The notes beneath the pieces are model-generated. The model saw only the letters and a list, made by a program, of their open reading frames with translations, was not told where the DNA came from and ran no database searches. Below are positions 55,278 to 64,000 of a stretch of DNA of 64,000 bases, piece by piece. This DNA is from Deltaproteobacteria bacterium (GTDB taxonomy: Bacteria > Myxococcota_A > Polyangia > Nannocystales > Nannocystaceae). Each line of letters starts with the position of its first letter. Position 1 is the stretch's first letter. The translations under genes were made by a program, and so were the position numbers. The stretch is from the NCBI GenBank assembly GCA_016709225.1, contig JADJEE010000012.1:2051630-2115629 (forward strand), given 5' to 3'.

Positions 55278-57803
55278 GTGGCGGTGGACAACAAGCTGAT
55301 GGGTACCTGTCTGGTGTTTGCGATGGTGGCTGCGTGCGACGACCCGGGCGACGCTGGCGGCGATACCGGCGAGGTCGACGCGCGCGCAGGCCACCATGCA
55401 CAGGGGCAGGTGTGCGAGCCAATCGACCTCGATCCGCGTCGTGCGATCTTCGAGACCAACGTCGCAGTGCTCGAGCCGTTCACGCTGCGGGCGGTGCTCC
55501 ACCACGCGGCCAAGAACGCCGGCTATCGGGTCGATGCCGATGACGCCTACCAGCGCCTGATCGACACCTACGCAACCGCGGCGCAGGGTCGCTTCGATGG
55601 GCAACACTGCGACGACGAGCAGCCCGATCCATCGTTCACCGATCCGAACCTGCCGTGCGGCCTGCTGGGCTGCGATCAGGAGTTCTTCTGCGCCGCCCAC
55701 GAACCCGCGTGCTTCTCGTGCGCGGCCGACGGGCATGCGTGTCAGCCCAGCACCGGCCTCGACCCCGGGGTGCACGAGGTGTGCGGGTTCGGACCCGACG
55801 GGCTGGAGCTGTGCAGCTTCGACGGACGTCAGGTGACCGACTGCGTACCAGCGCCCGAGGGTGCGTGCGACGACGCAGGCTGCGACTCGCTGGGCTGCGA
55901 TGCAGTGACGCTGTGCGACACGAGCTTCGAGCTGTGCATCACGTGCACGGCCGAGCTCGACCAGTGCCGAGTCGATCAGGGCGTCACGGACGAGCCCGTC
56001 GAGACGGTCTGCCGCGACGTCGACGCGTGCCAGTTCGACGTCGATGCCGGCACGGTCTCGGGCTGCGAGCCCGACCCCGCGTGCGAGCAGGCGCAGTGCG
56101 GCGCGCTCGGCTGCGATCAGCAGTTCTTCTGCACCACCGACTTCAACTTCTGCTTCGCGTGCAGCGAAGACCTCTTGCAGTGCGAGCTCGACGGGCAGGC
56201 CGTGCCGTCGCCCTCGCAGGTGTGCAACTTCTCGACCAACGAGGTGTGCGAGTTCTCGGACGGCACCGTCGGATCGTGCGCCACCGACACCGAGGGCCTG
56301 TGCTTCGGTGGCGGCGGTGGCGAGGGCGGGACGACCGACGCGAGCGACACGTTCACGAGCTTCGGCTTCATCTCCGATGGCGAGGCCGGGGGCTCGGAGG
56401 TCGGCAGCGAGGTCGGCGGCGACTTCACCGGCACAGGCGGTGTAGAGGGCAGCGCCTCGGCCACCGCGACCGGTCCCGGCGACGGCTCGGCCACCGCGAC
56501 GAGCGACGGCGGCAGCTTCGGTGACGGCACGAGCTTCGGCAGCACCACCACCTTCGGCGACGGCGGCAACGACGGCGGCGGCGCGGGATTCGGAGCGATC
56601 GACGGCTACCCGCTCGAGTGCCCGCGCGCCGAGGCCGACCAGATCGACAACATCGACGCGTGGTTTCCGATCTCGATCAGCAACCGCTTCGACCACGCGC
56701 CCGAGGACGGCGCCAACTGTGGCCAGCAGCGCATCGTATTCGCCAACAACGCGCAGAATCGCATGTTCATGATCTTCGAGGCGGTGATCCCCAACCCGAA
56801 CCCGGGCTGTGGCATCGAGGCGTGTCGCCCCGTGGTCGAGTTCTGGGCCAAGATGAACGACATCACCGACGTCGATGTGCGACGGCGGCAGCTGAAGAAG
56901 GCGTTCCTCACCGGCCACCCGAAGCTCGAGGCCGCTGGCTTCGGACCGTTCATCGACGCGCGCAACTTCGCGTTCGGCACCGGCCAGGTGCGGACGAACA
57001 ACTTCGATCAGGGCCCATGGACCCTGCGCGAGTACAAGCTGGTCGAGCAGCCACGACCAGGCAAGAAGTCGCTGATGCACGCGGCGCAGGTGCCGGTGAC
57101 GTACAGCCCGATCGGCGATCACTTCAATGACGCGCTCGAGACCCCGCTCGGGCCCGAGTGTCGCGAGAGCTTCCTGGTCGCGATGGAGGGCCTGCTCACT
57201 GATGAACCCGACGCGATGAGCTTCCCGATCGACCCGATGTGTCGCGCCGCCGAGAGCCGTGACGACGGCGTATCGGACTTCGCCCAGCAGCTGGTGCTCG
57301 GCACCGGTGCGTTCGAAGCGGCCATCGAGGCCCGCCTCGACGAGCTCGGCTCGTCGCTGACGGCGATCGACATCGCGCAGCGGGCCCACTTCGCGGGCGC
57401 CTGCATCGGCTGCCACGAGCAGAGCAACGGCGCCGATCTCGGCAACGGCGTGGTCGCGCCGTTCTCGGCCGGCTTCACCCACAGTGTCGAGTTCTTCACC
57501 GAGGAGTGCTTCGACGGCGAGCAGTGCTTCGCGATCTCGGACGCACTGACGTCGAGCTTCCTGCCCCATCGCAAGGCGGTGATGGAGTCGTTCCTCGCGC
57601 AGACGCCGTGCCAGGGCCAGTGCTCGTACGAGCTCGAGTACGGGCCCACCAGCGAGCTCGTCGCCGGACCGATCGACGTGCGCCGCGCACTGACGCGCGA
57701 CGGGCGACTCGACGTGCAGCGAATGCTCGAGCTCGAACGACGCACGCGTGCGGCCGGGGCCCAGCGCACGCTCGGCGGGCAGTCGACGCGCAGCGGCCAC
57801 TAG
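55278..57803 (+). CDS. large secreted Cys-rich repeat lipoprotein with Gly/Ser/Thr/Asp linker and about 400-aa C-terminal domain
   Basis: A GTG at 55278 lies 5 nt after GAAGGAGG. The signal peptide is ...MGTCLVFAMVAACDD (lipobox). Repeated CGxLGCDQxFFC units are followed by a GGGGEGGTTDASD...GGNDGGGAGFG linker and a C-terminal domain with conserved Cys pairs. Confidence 0.7.
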   Translation: MAVDNKLMGTCLVFAMVAACDDPGDAGGDTGEVDARAGHHAQGQVCEPIDLDPRRAIFETNVAVLEPFTLRAVLHHAAKNAGYRVDADDAYQRLIDTYATAAQGRFDGQHCDDEQPDPSFTDPNLPCGLLGCDQEFFCAAHEPACFSCAADGHACQPSTGLDPGVHEVCGFGPDGLELCSFDGRQVTDCVPAPEGACDDAGCDSLGCDAVTLCDTSFELCITCTAELDQCRVDQGVTDEPVETVCRDVDACQFDVDAGTVSGCEPDPACEQAQCGALGCDQQFFCTTDFNFCFACSEDLLQCELDGQAVPSPSQVCNFSTNEVCEFSDGTVGSCATDTEGLCFGGGGGEGGTTDASDTFTSFGFISDGEAGGSEVGSEVGGDFTGTGGVEGSASATATGPGDGSATATSDGGSFGDGTSFGSTTTFGDGGNDGGGAGFGAIDGYPLECPRAEADQIDNIDAWFPISISNRFDHAPEDGANCGQQRIVFANNAQNRMFMIFEAVIPNPNPGCGIEACRPVVEFWAKMNDITDVDVRRRQLKKAFLTGHPKLEAAGFGPFIDARNFAFGTGQVRTNNFDQGPWTLREYKLVEQPRPGKKSLMHAAQVPVTYSPIGDHFNDALETPLGPECRESFLVAMEGLLTDEPDAMSFPIDPMCRAAESRDDGVSDFAQQLVLGTGAFEAAIEARLDELGSSLTAIDIAQRAHFAGACIGCHEQSNGADLGNGVVAPFSAGFTHSVEFFTEECFDGEQCFAISDALTSSFLPHRKAVMESFLAQTPCQGQCSYELEYGPTSELVAGPIDVRRALTRDGRLDVQRMLELERRTRAAGAQRTLGGQSTRSGH

Positions 57804-57933
57804 CAGCCGGCGTGCGGGCCTGGACTCGCCAGCGCAGCACGCGTGGCACGTCGGGGGGACGGAGGCTCGCAAGGGCCCCGACCTCCGGACGTGCGCCATG
57901 GGGCACGCCCACCTGCTAGGCTGCGCAGCACCG

Positions 57934-58545
57934 ATGTCCGGAGACCCATCGTTGCGATGTCGCTGCGGCTCTGTGCGGGGCCGCGTGGTCGAGCTGTCAC
58001 CCGCGAGTTGCTCGCGCGTGGTGTGCTACTGCCGAGACTGCCGCGCGTACCTGCGGTGGCTCGGCGCCGACGCACTGCTCGATGCCTACGGCGGCACCGA
58101 GATCATCCAGCTCGCGCCGCGTCAGCTGACGATCGAGCACGGCGCGGAGCAGCTGCGTTGCGTTCGCCTGAGCGAGAAGGGCCTCATGCGTTGGTACGCC
58201 GCGTGCTGTCGCACGCCGGTCGCCAACGCGGTGTCTGGCAAGGTACCGTTCATCGGGGTCGCCAAGGCGATGCTGCCCGAGGTCGGCGACGCCGAGGTCG
58301 GAGCCGCGATCGGCATCCACGGCCGACTCGCCCCCGGTGGCTGTCCGCCCGGCGTGCATCCGCGGGGTCCGCTCGGCCTGGTGTTGCACGCCTCGCGACT
58401 GATGTTGCGCTGGTGGTGGCGTGGCATGGGCCAGCCGTCGGCGTTCTATGACGAGCACGCGCAGCCCCGCGTGGTGCCCGAGGTACTCGGTGCCTCGACG
58501 CGCACGTCGCTGGCCGAGCGGGATCGCATCGCGACCCCGGCTTGA
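57934..58545 (+). CDS. GFA-like Cys-rich (CxC...CxC...CxxC) zinc-binding protein
   Basis: MSGDPSLRCRCGSVRGRVVELSPASCSRVVCYCRDCRAY...YAACCRTP resembles the glutathione-dependent formaldehyde-activating (GFA) / CENP-V fold motif spacing. Confidence 0.5.
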   Translation: MSGDPSLRCRCGSVRGRVVELSPASCSRVVCYCRDCRAYLRWLGADALLDAYGGTEIIQLAPRQLTIEHGAEQLRCVRLSEKGLMRWYAACCRTPVANAVSGKVPFIGVAKAMLPEVGDAEVGAAIGIHGRLAPGGCPPGVHPRGPLGLVLHASRLMLRWWWRGMGQPSAFYDEHAQPRVVPEVLGASTRTSLAERDRIATPA

Positions 58546-58680
58546 TGCGCCGCGAAAGCCGTGCCGCAGGCACGTCGCCACGGCGCACATGGTGACGCCC
58601 CCGCCGGCCACGTGGCGGCGGCGGCTCGGCGGCTGCCTTCGACTTCGTCGGTGCTCCACGGCTTGCATCGTGCTCGGACC

Positions 58681-58848
58681 ATGAGCCGCGCCATCTGGAA
58701 GGGTCAAATCTCGTTCGGGCTGGTGCAGATACCGGTTTCCCTCGTCAAGGCTGAGGAAACCCACGATCTCGATCTGCACCTCGTCGATCGTCGTGATCGT
58801 GCTCCCATCGGGTACGAGTGCATCAACAAGAACACCGGCGAGCCGTGA
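58681..58848 (+). pseudogene. ku: Ku (NHEJ DNA-end-binding) N-terminal fragment, truncated by TGA after 55 codons
   Basis: MSRAIWKGQISFGLVQIPVSLVKAEETHDLDLHLVDRRDRAPIGYECINKNTGEP-stop matches the Ku N-terminus (MRAIWKGxISFGLVNIPVKLY...). Weak Ku-like text continues in frame after the stop (TDEWVG..TRYERVSAARDELVLV) but is overrun by the convergent BON gene. Codon usage is unusually AT-rich for this genome (ata, gtt, gct, gat, cgt). Confidence 0.6.
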
Positions 58849-58922
58849 ACGGATGAATGGGTGGGGACCCGCGACGTCCGCGGACCCCCACCAGGTTCGT
58901 CTGCTCCCGCTACTGCTACGCG

Positions 58923-60074
58923 CTACGAGCGGGTGTCCGCGGCGCGCGACGAACTCGTGCTCGTCTGCGCCGCGGTACTGCCAGATGTGCTGGTCGCGTT
59001 GCGACCGCTGTTCGCGCCCGAGTCGCTCGACTGCGAGCCACTGGTCCGCAGCTGGTTGTGGCACTCCTTCACGCCACGGGCAGCGCACACACAGTCCTCG
59101 ACCTGTCGCTTCACCGAGCGACCGCTGACGGTCCCCTTCAGCGTGACCTCGCCGTCCTTCACCGACACGTCGACGTCACTGGCATCGAGGCCCGAGTCCT
59201 CGAGCATCTCGCAGACGATCTCACGGACTCGATCATCGGATCGGGTGAAGTTCTTGGGGCTGTACGTCTGTCGCTGTTCGCCGCCCATGTTGCCATGGGA
59301 GCCCCGCCCGTACTCGCTGCCGCTGAAGCTGCCCTGCTGGCGTCCGCCGCCGAAGTCATCGCGGCCTCCCAGGCGCTCGCGATCGTAGCGACCACCGCCG
59401 AACCGGCTCCCGCCGTACTCGCTACCATAGGTGTGGCCATACGGGCCAGAAGGCCTCCCGGGCCAGTCGCCGCGCTCATGGCTGTAGTGCTGCGGGCTCG
59501 AATCGTACTGACGATGGTAGCGACCGCCATCCCACGGACTGTCGTCCATGCCGCGCCCAGCCGAGTAGCGGGCATCCCTGCCCGACGCCAGCGGTCGCTC
59601 GTCGAAACCACGCGACCTCCCGAAGTCGCGCGACCCGTAGTCGCGCGGACTGTACTCGCGCTGTCCATAGCTGCCGTCACGTGCACCCTGCCCGCGAGAT
59701 CCGAAGTCGCGCTGCCACGGCTCGCGCTGCCAATCCTCGGGCTGCCACGATTCGCGCTGCCAGCCCTCGCCGCGCCACGGCGTACGCTGCCAGCCCTCGC
59801 CGCGCGAGACGTCACGCTGCCAGTCGTCGCGGTGTTGCCAATCATCGCGCGAGGTCCTCGAGTCATCGCGCGAGGTCCTCGAGCCCCAGCCCGGCGCGTC
59901 GTCGAATTGACCGCTGGCGCCCCGCTGATATCGACCGCCGTCGCGATACTCGGAATCGCGATACTCGGAGTCGGGATATCCCTCGCGACCGCCGCGGTCG
60001 AACTGCGGACGCGACCGCATCGATTCGTCCTCGTACCTGTGCTGATGTCGGCGTCCATTCATGTCGTGTGTCAT
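58923..60074 (-). CDS. BON-domain protein with long disordered R/D/G/Y/W-rich N-terminal region
   Basis: C-terminal TRSDDRVREIVCEMLEDSGLDASDVDVSVKDGEVTLKGTVSGRSVKRQVEDCVCAARGVKECHNQL is a BON (OsmY-like) domain. The N-terminal 280 aa are repetitive (SEYRDSEYRDGGRYQRG, DWQRDVSRGEGWQRTPWRGEGWQRESWQPEDWQREPWQRD). Confidence 0.75.
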   Translation of the reverse strand: MTHDMNGRRHQHRYEDESMRSRPQFDRGGREGYPDSEYRDSEYRDGGRYQRGASGQFDDAPGWGSRTSRDDSRTSRDDWQHRDDWQRDVSRGEGWQRTPWRGEGWQRESWQPEDWQREPWQRDFGSRGQGARDGSYGQREYSPRDYGSRDFGRSRGFDERPLASGRDARYSAGRGMDDSPWDGGRYHRQYDSSPQHYSHERGDWPGRPSGPYGHTYGSEYGGSRFGGGRYDRERLGGRDDFGGGRQQGSFSGSEYGRGSHGNMGGEQRQTYSPKNFTRSDDRVREIVCEMLEDSGLDASDVDVSVKDGEVTLKGTVSGRSVKRQVEDCVCAARGVKECHNQLRTSGSQSSDSGANSGRNATSTSGSTAAQTSTSSSRAADTRS

Positions 60075-60807
60075 GGCCTGTGCTTTCTCTGTCTGCCAGC
60101 CGGCGAGCGGCATGGGCGAGTCGTGGAGTCGTCGATATGAGCCCGCGCGAGCGACGCGGGAGGCAGTTTCAAGTGCACGCGCAGTCCAGGAGCTTCGAGG
60201 TGCTCTTCCACGAAGTGAACGAGGCGATTCAGATCCTCGGTCCATGCGAGGTCGCTTCGAGCGAGGCCCGGATTTGCAACCCCCGAGCCAAGCCGTCTCC
60301 GCGGATCGAGGGCGTTGGATGGGTATGCCTGCCGCGCACGATTGCCTCCTCTGGTCCTCCGGAGATCGCCGGAGATCGCCGCGTACAGCGACTTGCGTCG
60401 CGGGCGATTTCGCGCGATCGATTCGATCTGCACCGTGGCAAAGTCGTCAGCGAGAATCGTATGCGGCGGCGGACTTCGATCCGTCGACCACGATCGGCGC
60501 GGACGACCCGTCTGAGCGGATCCGCGGCAGGGTGGTGTGCAATGCGTGTGCCCCTTGGCCACGTCGGACGATGTGGCGTGCCGCTGGGCGTCGATCGGCT
60601 CCGATCCCTGCGCGCTCGCGCACGTCATGCTGCAGGCGTGATCTTCTTGTCGAGCCGCATCGAGTGCCATGGGCAAGTGTTCACGGCAAGCGACTGGGCA
60701 GAGATCAGCAGATGCCCCTATCCAATCGATCGGGGCTCGACGCTTTCGGGTCGCTGAATGACGACCTCGCTTGCGCGCCGGGCCGCGCGGCGCAGTCTGT
60801 CGACTCC

Positions 60808-61920
60808 ATGTCCACGTCCGACAACGTCCGATTCGCCGTCGTTGGCCTCGGCCACATCGCTCAGGTCGCGGTGCTGCCGGGCTTCGCTCACGCCGAGGCG
60901 GCGCAGCCGGTCGCGCTCTTCAGCTCCGATGCCGCGAAGCGCCGCGCGATGTCGGCGCAGTACGGTGTCGATCACGCGTACGACTATGATGAGTACGATC
61001 GCGTGCTCGAACAGGGTCTCGTCGACGCTGTGTATATCGCCCTACCCAATCATCTCCACTGCACGTACGCAGTGCGTGCCGCGGAGCGTGGCGTGCACGT
61101 GCTGGTCGAGAAGCCGATGGCGGTCGATGCCACCGAGTGCTTGGCGATGATCGAGGCCGCCGAAGCAGGAGGCGTAAAGTTGATGGTCGCATATCGCCTC
61201 CACTTCGACCCTGCGAACCTCGAGGTCATCGAACTGGTCCGCAGGGGCCGGCTGGGCCGCCCGCGACTGTTCTCCTCTGTGTTCTCGCAGGTCGTCGTGC
61301 CCGGCAACGTCCGGCTGGTAGGGAGCGATCGCGGCGGCGGGCCGGTCTATGACATGGGCGTCTATTGCATCAACGCCGCACGCTACGTCTTTCGCGACGA
61401 GCCGACGCAAGTCGTTGCGCTCGCGGCGTCGGTTGATGATCCCCGCTTTCAGGGTGTTCCCGAGATGGTGAGCGCCACGCTTCACTTCCCCGGCGAGCGC
61501 CTCGCGACGTTCACATGCAGCTTCGGCGCGGCCGACAGCTCGCGCTACGAGATACTCGGCGATCGCGGGCGCCTCGTGATGGAGCCCGCGTTCGAGTACG
61601 CCGAGGGCCTCCGCTATGCGCTGCAAGTGCAGGACGCAGATCCGGAGGTACACAGGTTCGGCAAGCACGACCAGTTCGGGGCGGAGCTCCAGTACTTCAG
61701 CAAGTGCATCCTCGACGACCTCGCGATCGAACCGGATGGGCTCGAGGGCCTCGCAGACGTCAACGTCGTGCAGGCGATCCATCGCTCGGCACAGGAGCGA
61801 CGTGCAATCGCCGTGCTCCCGGTGCAGCGAGAACGGCGGCCCGAACACGCTCAGGCCTACCAGCTGCCGCCAGTCCCCAAGCCCAAGACCGTGAACACCC
61901 GATCGCCCAGCGGAGATTGA
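60808..61920 (+). CDS. Gfo/Idh/MocA-family NAD(P)-dependent oxidoreductase
   Basis: VRFAVVGLGHIAQVAVLPGF Rossmann N-terminus, ALPNHLH, EKP, and a C-terminal alpha/beta domain. Confidence 0.8.
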   Translation: MSTSDNVRFAVVGLGHIAQVAVLPGFAHAEAAQPVALFSSDAAKRRAMSAQYGVDHAYDYDEYDRVLEQGLVDAVYIALPNHLHCTYAVRAAERGVHVLVEKPMAVDATECLAMIEAAEAGGVKLMVAYRLHFDPANLEVIELVRRGRLGRPRLFSSVFSQVVVPGNVRLVGSDRGGGPVYDMGVYCINAARYVFRDEPTQVVALAASVDDPRFQGVPEMVSATLHFPGERLATFTCSFGAADSSRYEILGDRGRLVMEPAFEYAEGLRYALQVQDADPEVHRFGKHDQFGAELQYFSKCILDDLAIEPDGLEGLADVNVVQAIHRSAQERRAIAVLPVQRERRPEHAQAYQLPPVPKPKTVNTRSPSGD

Positions 61921-61959
61921 CCTGCCCGAGCGAACGACCTCGACGAGGAGAACGCCACC

Positions 61960-62394
61960 ATGCCCCGCGGATCCAAAGACGCCTACACCGACAAGCAGAA
62001 GCGACAGGCGGAACACATCGAAGACAGCTACCTCGAAGAGGGTGTCTCGAAGAAAACCGCCGCGGCGCGCGCCTGGGCCACCGTCAACCGTCAAGACCAC
62101 GGCGGCAAGAAGAGCGGGTCGGGCCGTGCCAAGCGGCGCACGACCAAGAAGACCGGACGCAAGACAGCAACGAAGAAGCGCCCGTCATCGAAGAAGCGTT
62201 CATCCACGAAGAAGCCCTCATCCGCGAAGAAGCCCTCATCCGCGAAGAAGCGTTCATCCGCGAAGAAGCCCTCATCCGCGAAGAAGCCCTCATCCGCGAA
62301 GAAGCGCCCGTCATCGAGGAAGCGTTCATCCGCGAAGAAGCGTTCATCCGCGAAGAGGCGCTCGTCCGCGAAGAGCCGCTCGGCTCACGGATAG
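61960..62394 (+). CDS. ChaB-like N-terminal domain fused to Lys-rich histone-H1/AlgP-like repeat tail
   Basis: MPRGSKDAYTDKQKRQAEHIEDSYLEEGVSKKTAAARAWATVNRQ resembles ChaB-family text (..KE.A.RIAWAAVK). The tail is (P/R)SSAKK x about 12. Confidence 0.6.
   Translation: MPRGSKDAYTDKQKRQAEHIEDSYLEEGVSKKTAAARAWATVNRQDHGGKKSGSGRAKRRTTKKTGRKTATKKRPSSKKRSSTKKPSSAKKPSSAKKRSSAKKPSSAKKPSSAKKRPSSRKRSSAKKRSSAKRRSSAKSRSAHG
62200..62390. repeat. tandem 24-nt coding repeats (gaagaagc(c/g)(c/t)tcatccgc...)
   Basis: Seven or eight near-identical units, generating several spurious overlapping ORFs on both strands. Confidence 0.7.
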
Positions 62395-62544
62395 GGCGCG
62401 ACCCGCCGGACCTGTCCGGCGCTTCATCGGAGGGTGATCCCTGAGGCCTGACGGCTCGCTCGCGCGGGGGTGGATGGCGCGTCAGAATCTCCGCCGAAGC
62501 TGGCCGTGACTTCGCGCGCGGCGTACCCTTGGAACTCGCTGCTC

Positions 62545-63720
62545 ATGGCCCTCACGACGACCAGCCACGACATGACACTGGCGAGACAGCTGGCCTGGCA
62601 GGCGGCGATCGTCGAATCGTGCCCTGACGCGATCATCGGCATCGATCTCGACGGGGTCGTCGTGAGCTGGAATGGCGCCGCGGCGCGATTGCTCGGGTAC
62701 GCGTTCGCCGACATCGTCGGGCGACCGTGGCGAACGTTGCTGCGCACCCACTCGGGCGAGGAGCCCTGCGCGCGCATGGCCGACTTGCTCCAAGGTGCCC
62801 CTGGCAGCACCATCGAGTTGATCGATCGCACCGGCGCCCTCGTGGACGGCGTTGCGACGCTGTCGCCGATTCGCGATCGCTCGGACGCGACCATCGGCGC
62901 GTCGATCATCGTGCGCCCACCGGGCCGATGCGGGCCAACCGCCGACAACGACGAGTTCCTCTCGACGCTATCACATGAGCTGCGGGCGCCACTGCACGCG
63001 ATACTCGGGTGGGCGCAGGTGCTGGAGCACTCGGCCACACCGTCCATGCGGCACGGACTCGCGATCATCGAGCGCAACGCGCGACTGCAGGCGCAGCTGC
63101 TCGAGGACCTACTCGACGTCGGGCGGGGGAGCTCGGGCAAGCTACGCCTCGAGATCGCACCGGTCGATCTCGGCACCATCCTCTCGGAGCGCGTCGACTC
63201 GATTCGGCCCGCCGCCGAGGCCAAGCGGCTCGAGCTCACGCTTCGAAGTCCTTCGTACCATTGTGAGGTGCTGGGCGACGCCACGCGACTGCAGCAGGTA
63301 CTCTGGAACCTGCTGTCGAACGCGGTTCGGTACACTGCGCCGGGCGGCCGCGTCGAGGCTTCGCTGCAGGGTGGGCCAAATGGATTTCGAATCGAAGTGA
63401 CAGATTCCGGTGTCGGCATCGATTCCGAGTTCCTACCGCACGTCTTCACCCGGTACGCGCAGGCGCATGCACCGACCGGTGAGCAGGGCGGTCTCGGGCT
63501 CGGCCTCGCCATCGCTCGACAGCTGGTCGAGCTACATGGAGGCACGGTCACTGCCGCGAGCGACGGCCCCGGCCGCGGCTCCACCTTCACGGTGACACTG
63601 CCGCGGGTGCCCGAAGCCCCGCGCCCGCGCATCGATCGACGCTCGAGCGCACCCGCGACCGTGGGCGCTCGAGCGTCGGGCGCCCACGGCCAGGCCCGCA
63701 GCCGCCTGCGCCCCGCGTGA
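62545..63720 (+). CDS. PAS-domain sensor histidine kinase (HisKA + HATPase_c)
   Basis: PAS-like IVESCPDAIIGIDLDGVVVSWNGAAARLLGY, an H-box LSHELRAPLHAILGW, an N-box LQQVLWNLLSNAVRYT, and G1/G2 boxes DSGVGI...GGLGLGLAI. The start is at 62545 or 62572. Confidence 0.8.
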   Translation: MALTTTSHDMTLARQLAWQAAIVESCPDAIIGIDLDGVVVSWNGAAARLLGYAFADIVGRPWRTLLRTHSGEEPCARMADLLQGAPGSTIELIDRTGALVDGVATLSPIRDRSDATIGASIIVRPPGRCGPTADNDEFLSTLSHELRAPLHAILGWAQVLEHSATPSMRHGLAIIERNARLQAQLLEDLLDVGRGSSGKLRLEIAPVDLGTILSERVDSIRPAAEAKRLELTLRSPSYHCEVLGDATRLQQVLWNLLSNAVRYTAPGGRVEASLQGGPNGFRIEVTDSGVGIDSEFLPHVFTRYAQAHAPTGEQGGLGLGLAIARQLVELHGGTVTAASDGPGRGSTFTVTLPRVPEAPRPRIDRRSSAPATVGARASGAHGQARSRLRPA

Positions 63721-63768
63721 GCGTTCGGCCGCTCCATCGCGGACGGACGCTGCGTGTTCATCCGCTGC

Positions 63769-64000
63769 TCAGCACAGGCCGATGCCGAGGTCGCAGACGC
63801 ACACCATCGACACGCACTCGGCGGTGCAGCTGTCGGCCTCGCTGCAGCCGATGACGCAATCGCTGCCGCACGTCAGCGTACAATCGCTGCCGGTGTGACA
63901 GCTCTGATTGCAGCTCTCGGCGCAGTCGAACGTGCAGTCGCCACCATCGCAGCTCTGCTGGCAGTCCGCGCCGTTGCAGGTGAAGTCACAGGTCGCCCCG
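63769..64000 (-). CDS. Cys-rich repeat protein, C-terminal part only (gene continues beyond window end)
   Basis: The minus-strand translation is ...CDFTCNGADCQQSCDGGDCTFDCAESCNQSCHTGSDCTLTCGSDCVIGCSEADSCTAECVSMVCVCDLGIGLC-stop, a regular Cx3-4C repeat. It is not in the ORF track because it is truncated. Confidence 0.5.
   Translation of the reverse strand, partial: GATCDFTCNGADCQQSCDGGDCTFDCAESCNQSCHTGSDCTLTCGSDCVIGCSEADSCTAECVSMVCVCDLGIGLC

Noticed and set aside
61515-62444. 309-aa ORF and others (62042..62437+, 62084..62347-) over the Lys-rich repeat
   Set aside because: They are generated by the 24-nt tandem repeat, which is readable in several frames. Only the frame giving the ChaB-like N-terminus plus KKPSSA tail begins with a plausible start and domain.

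Overview
This window is about 70% GC and, on gene content, looks like a Myxococcota chromosome segment of roughly 55 genes. Gene types include FecR-like and lipoprotein genes, several eukaryotic-like Ser/Thr kinases with TPR tails (one fused to an anti-sigma zinc-finger next to an ECF sigma gene), FHA, FIST, Sel1 and MopE-repeat proteins, a tRNA-Asp and several Cys-rich secreted proteins. Housekeeping genes include aspartate kinase, an HPII-type catalase, a glycogen-debranching-like enzyme, an HDAC-like amidohydrolase, ABC1/UbiB and DksA/TraR. Most long R/H/P-rich six-frame ORFs are antisense artefacts of the high GC content. The most interesting locus is a minus-strand operon at 31590-26269. 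It is hidden inside a long junk ORF and begins with a 53-aa ORF that has a strong RBS and a double-glycine leader (LTLEQLTQIKGG) followed by a Pro-rich 22-aa core. Three genes follow it: a TPR protein, a 730-aa protein with a C-terminal HxD...H 2OG/Fe(II)-oxygenase-like domain, and a JmjC/cupin-4 hydroxylase. The downstream genes are linked by GTGA and stop-9nt-ATG couplings. This is a candidate undescribed RiPP-like peptide-hydroxylation system. Second is a SelW/Rdx-family gene at 15481-15726 (-) whose CxxU selenocysteine is encoded by an in-frame TGA with a SECIS-like hairpin downstream, so only its C-terminal 62 aa appear in the ORF track. Other observations are two homopolymer-associated frameshifts, a low-GC Ku N-terminal pseudogene fragment, an asparagine-synthetase paralog with a displaced nucleophile Cys, an EPS-like glycosyltransferase cluster beside tRNA-Asp, a UbiA plus GT-C-like plus STPK membrane cluster, and several coding tandem repeats. 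All calls are from reading the sequence; no database search was run.
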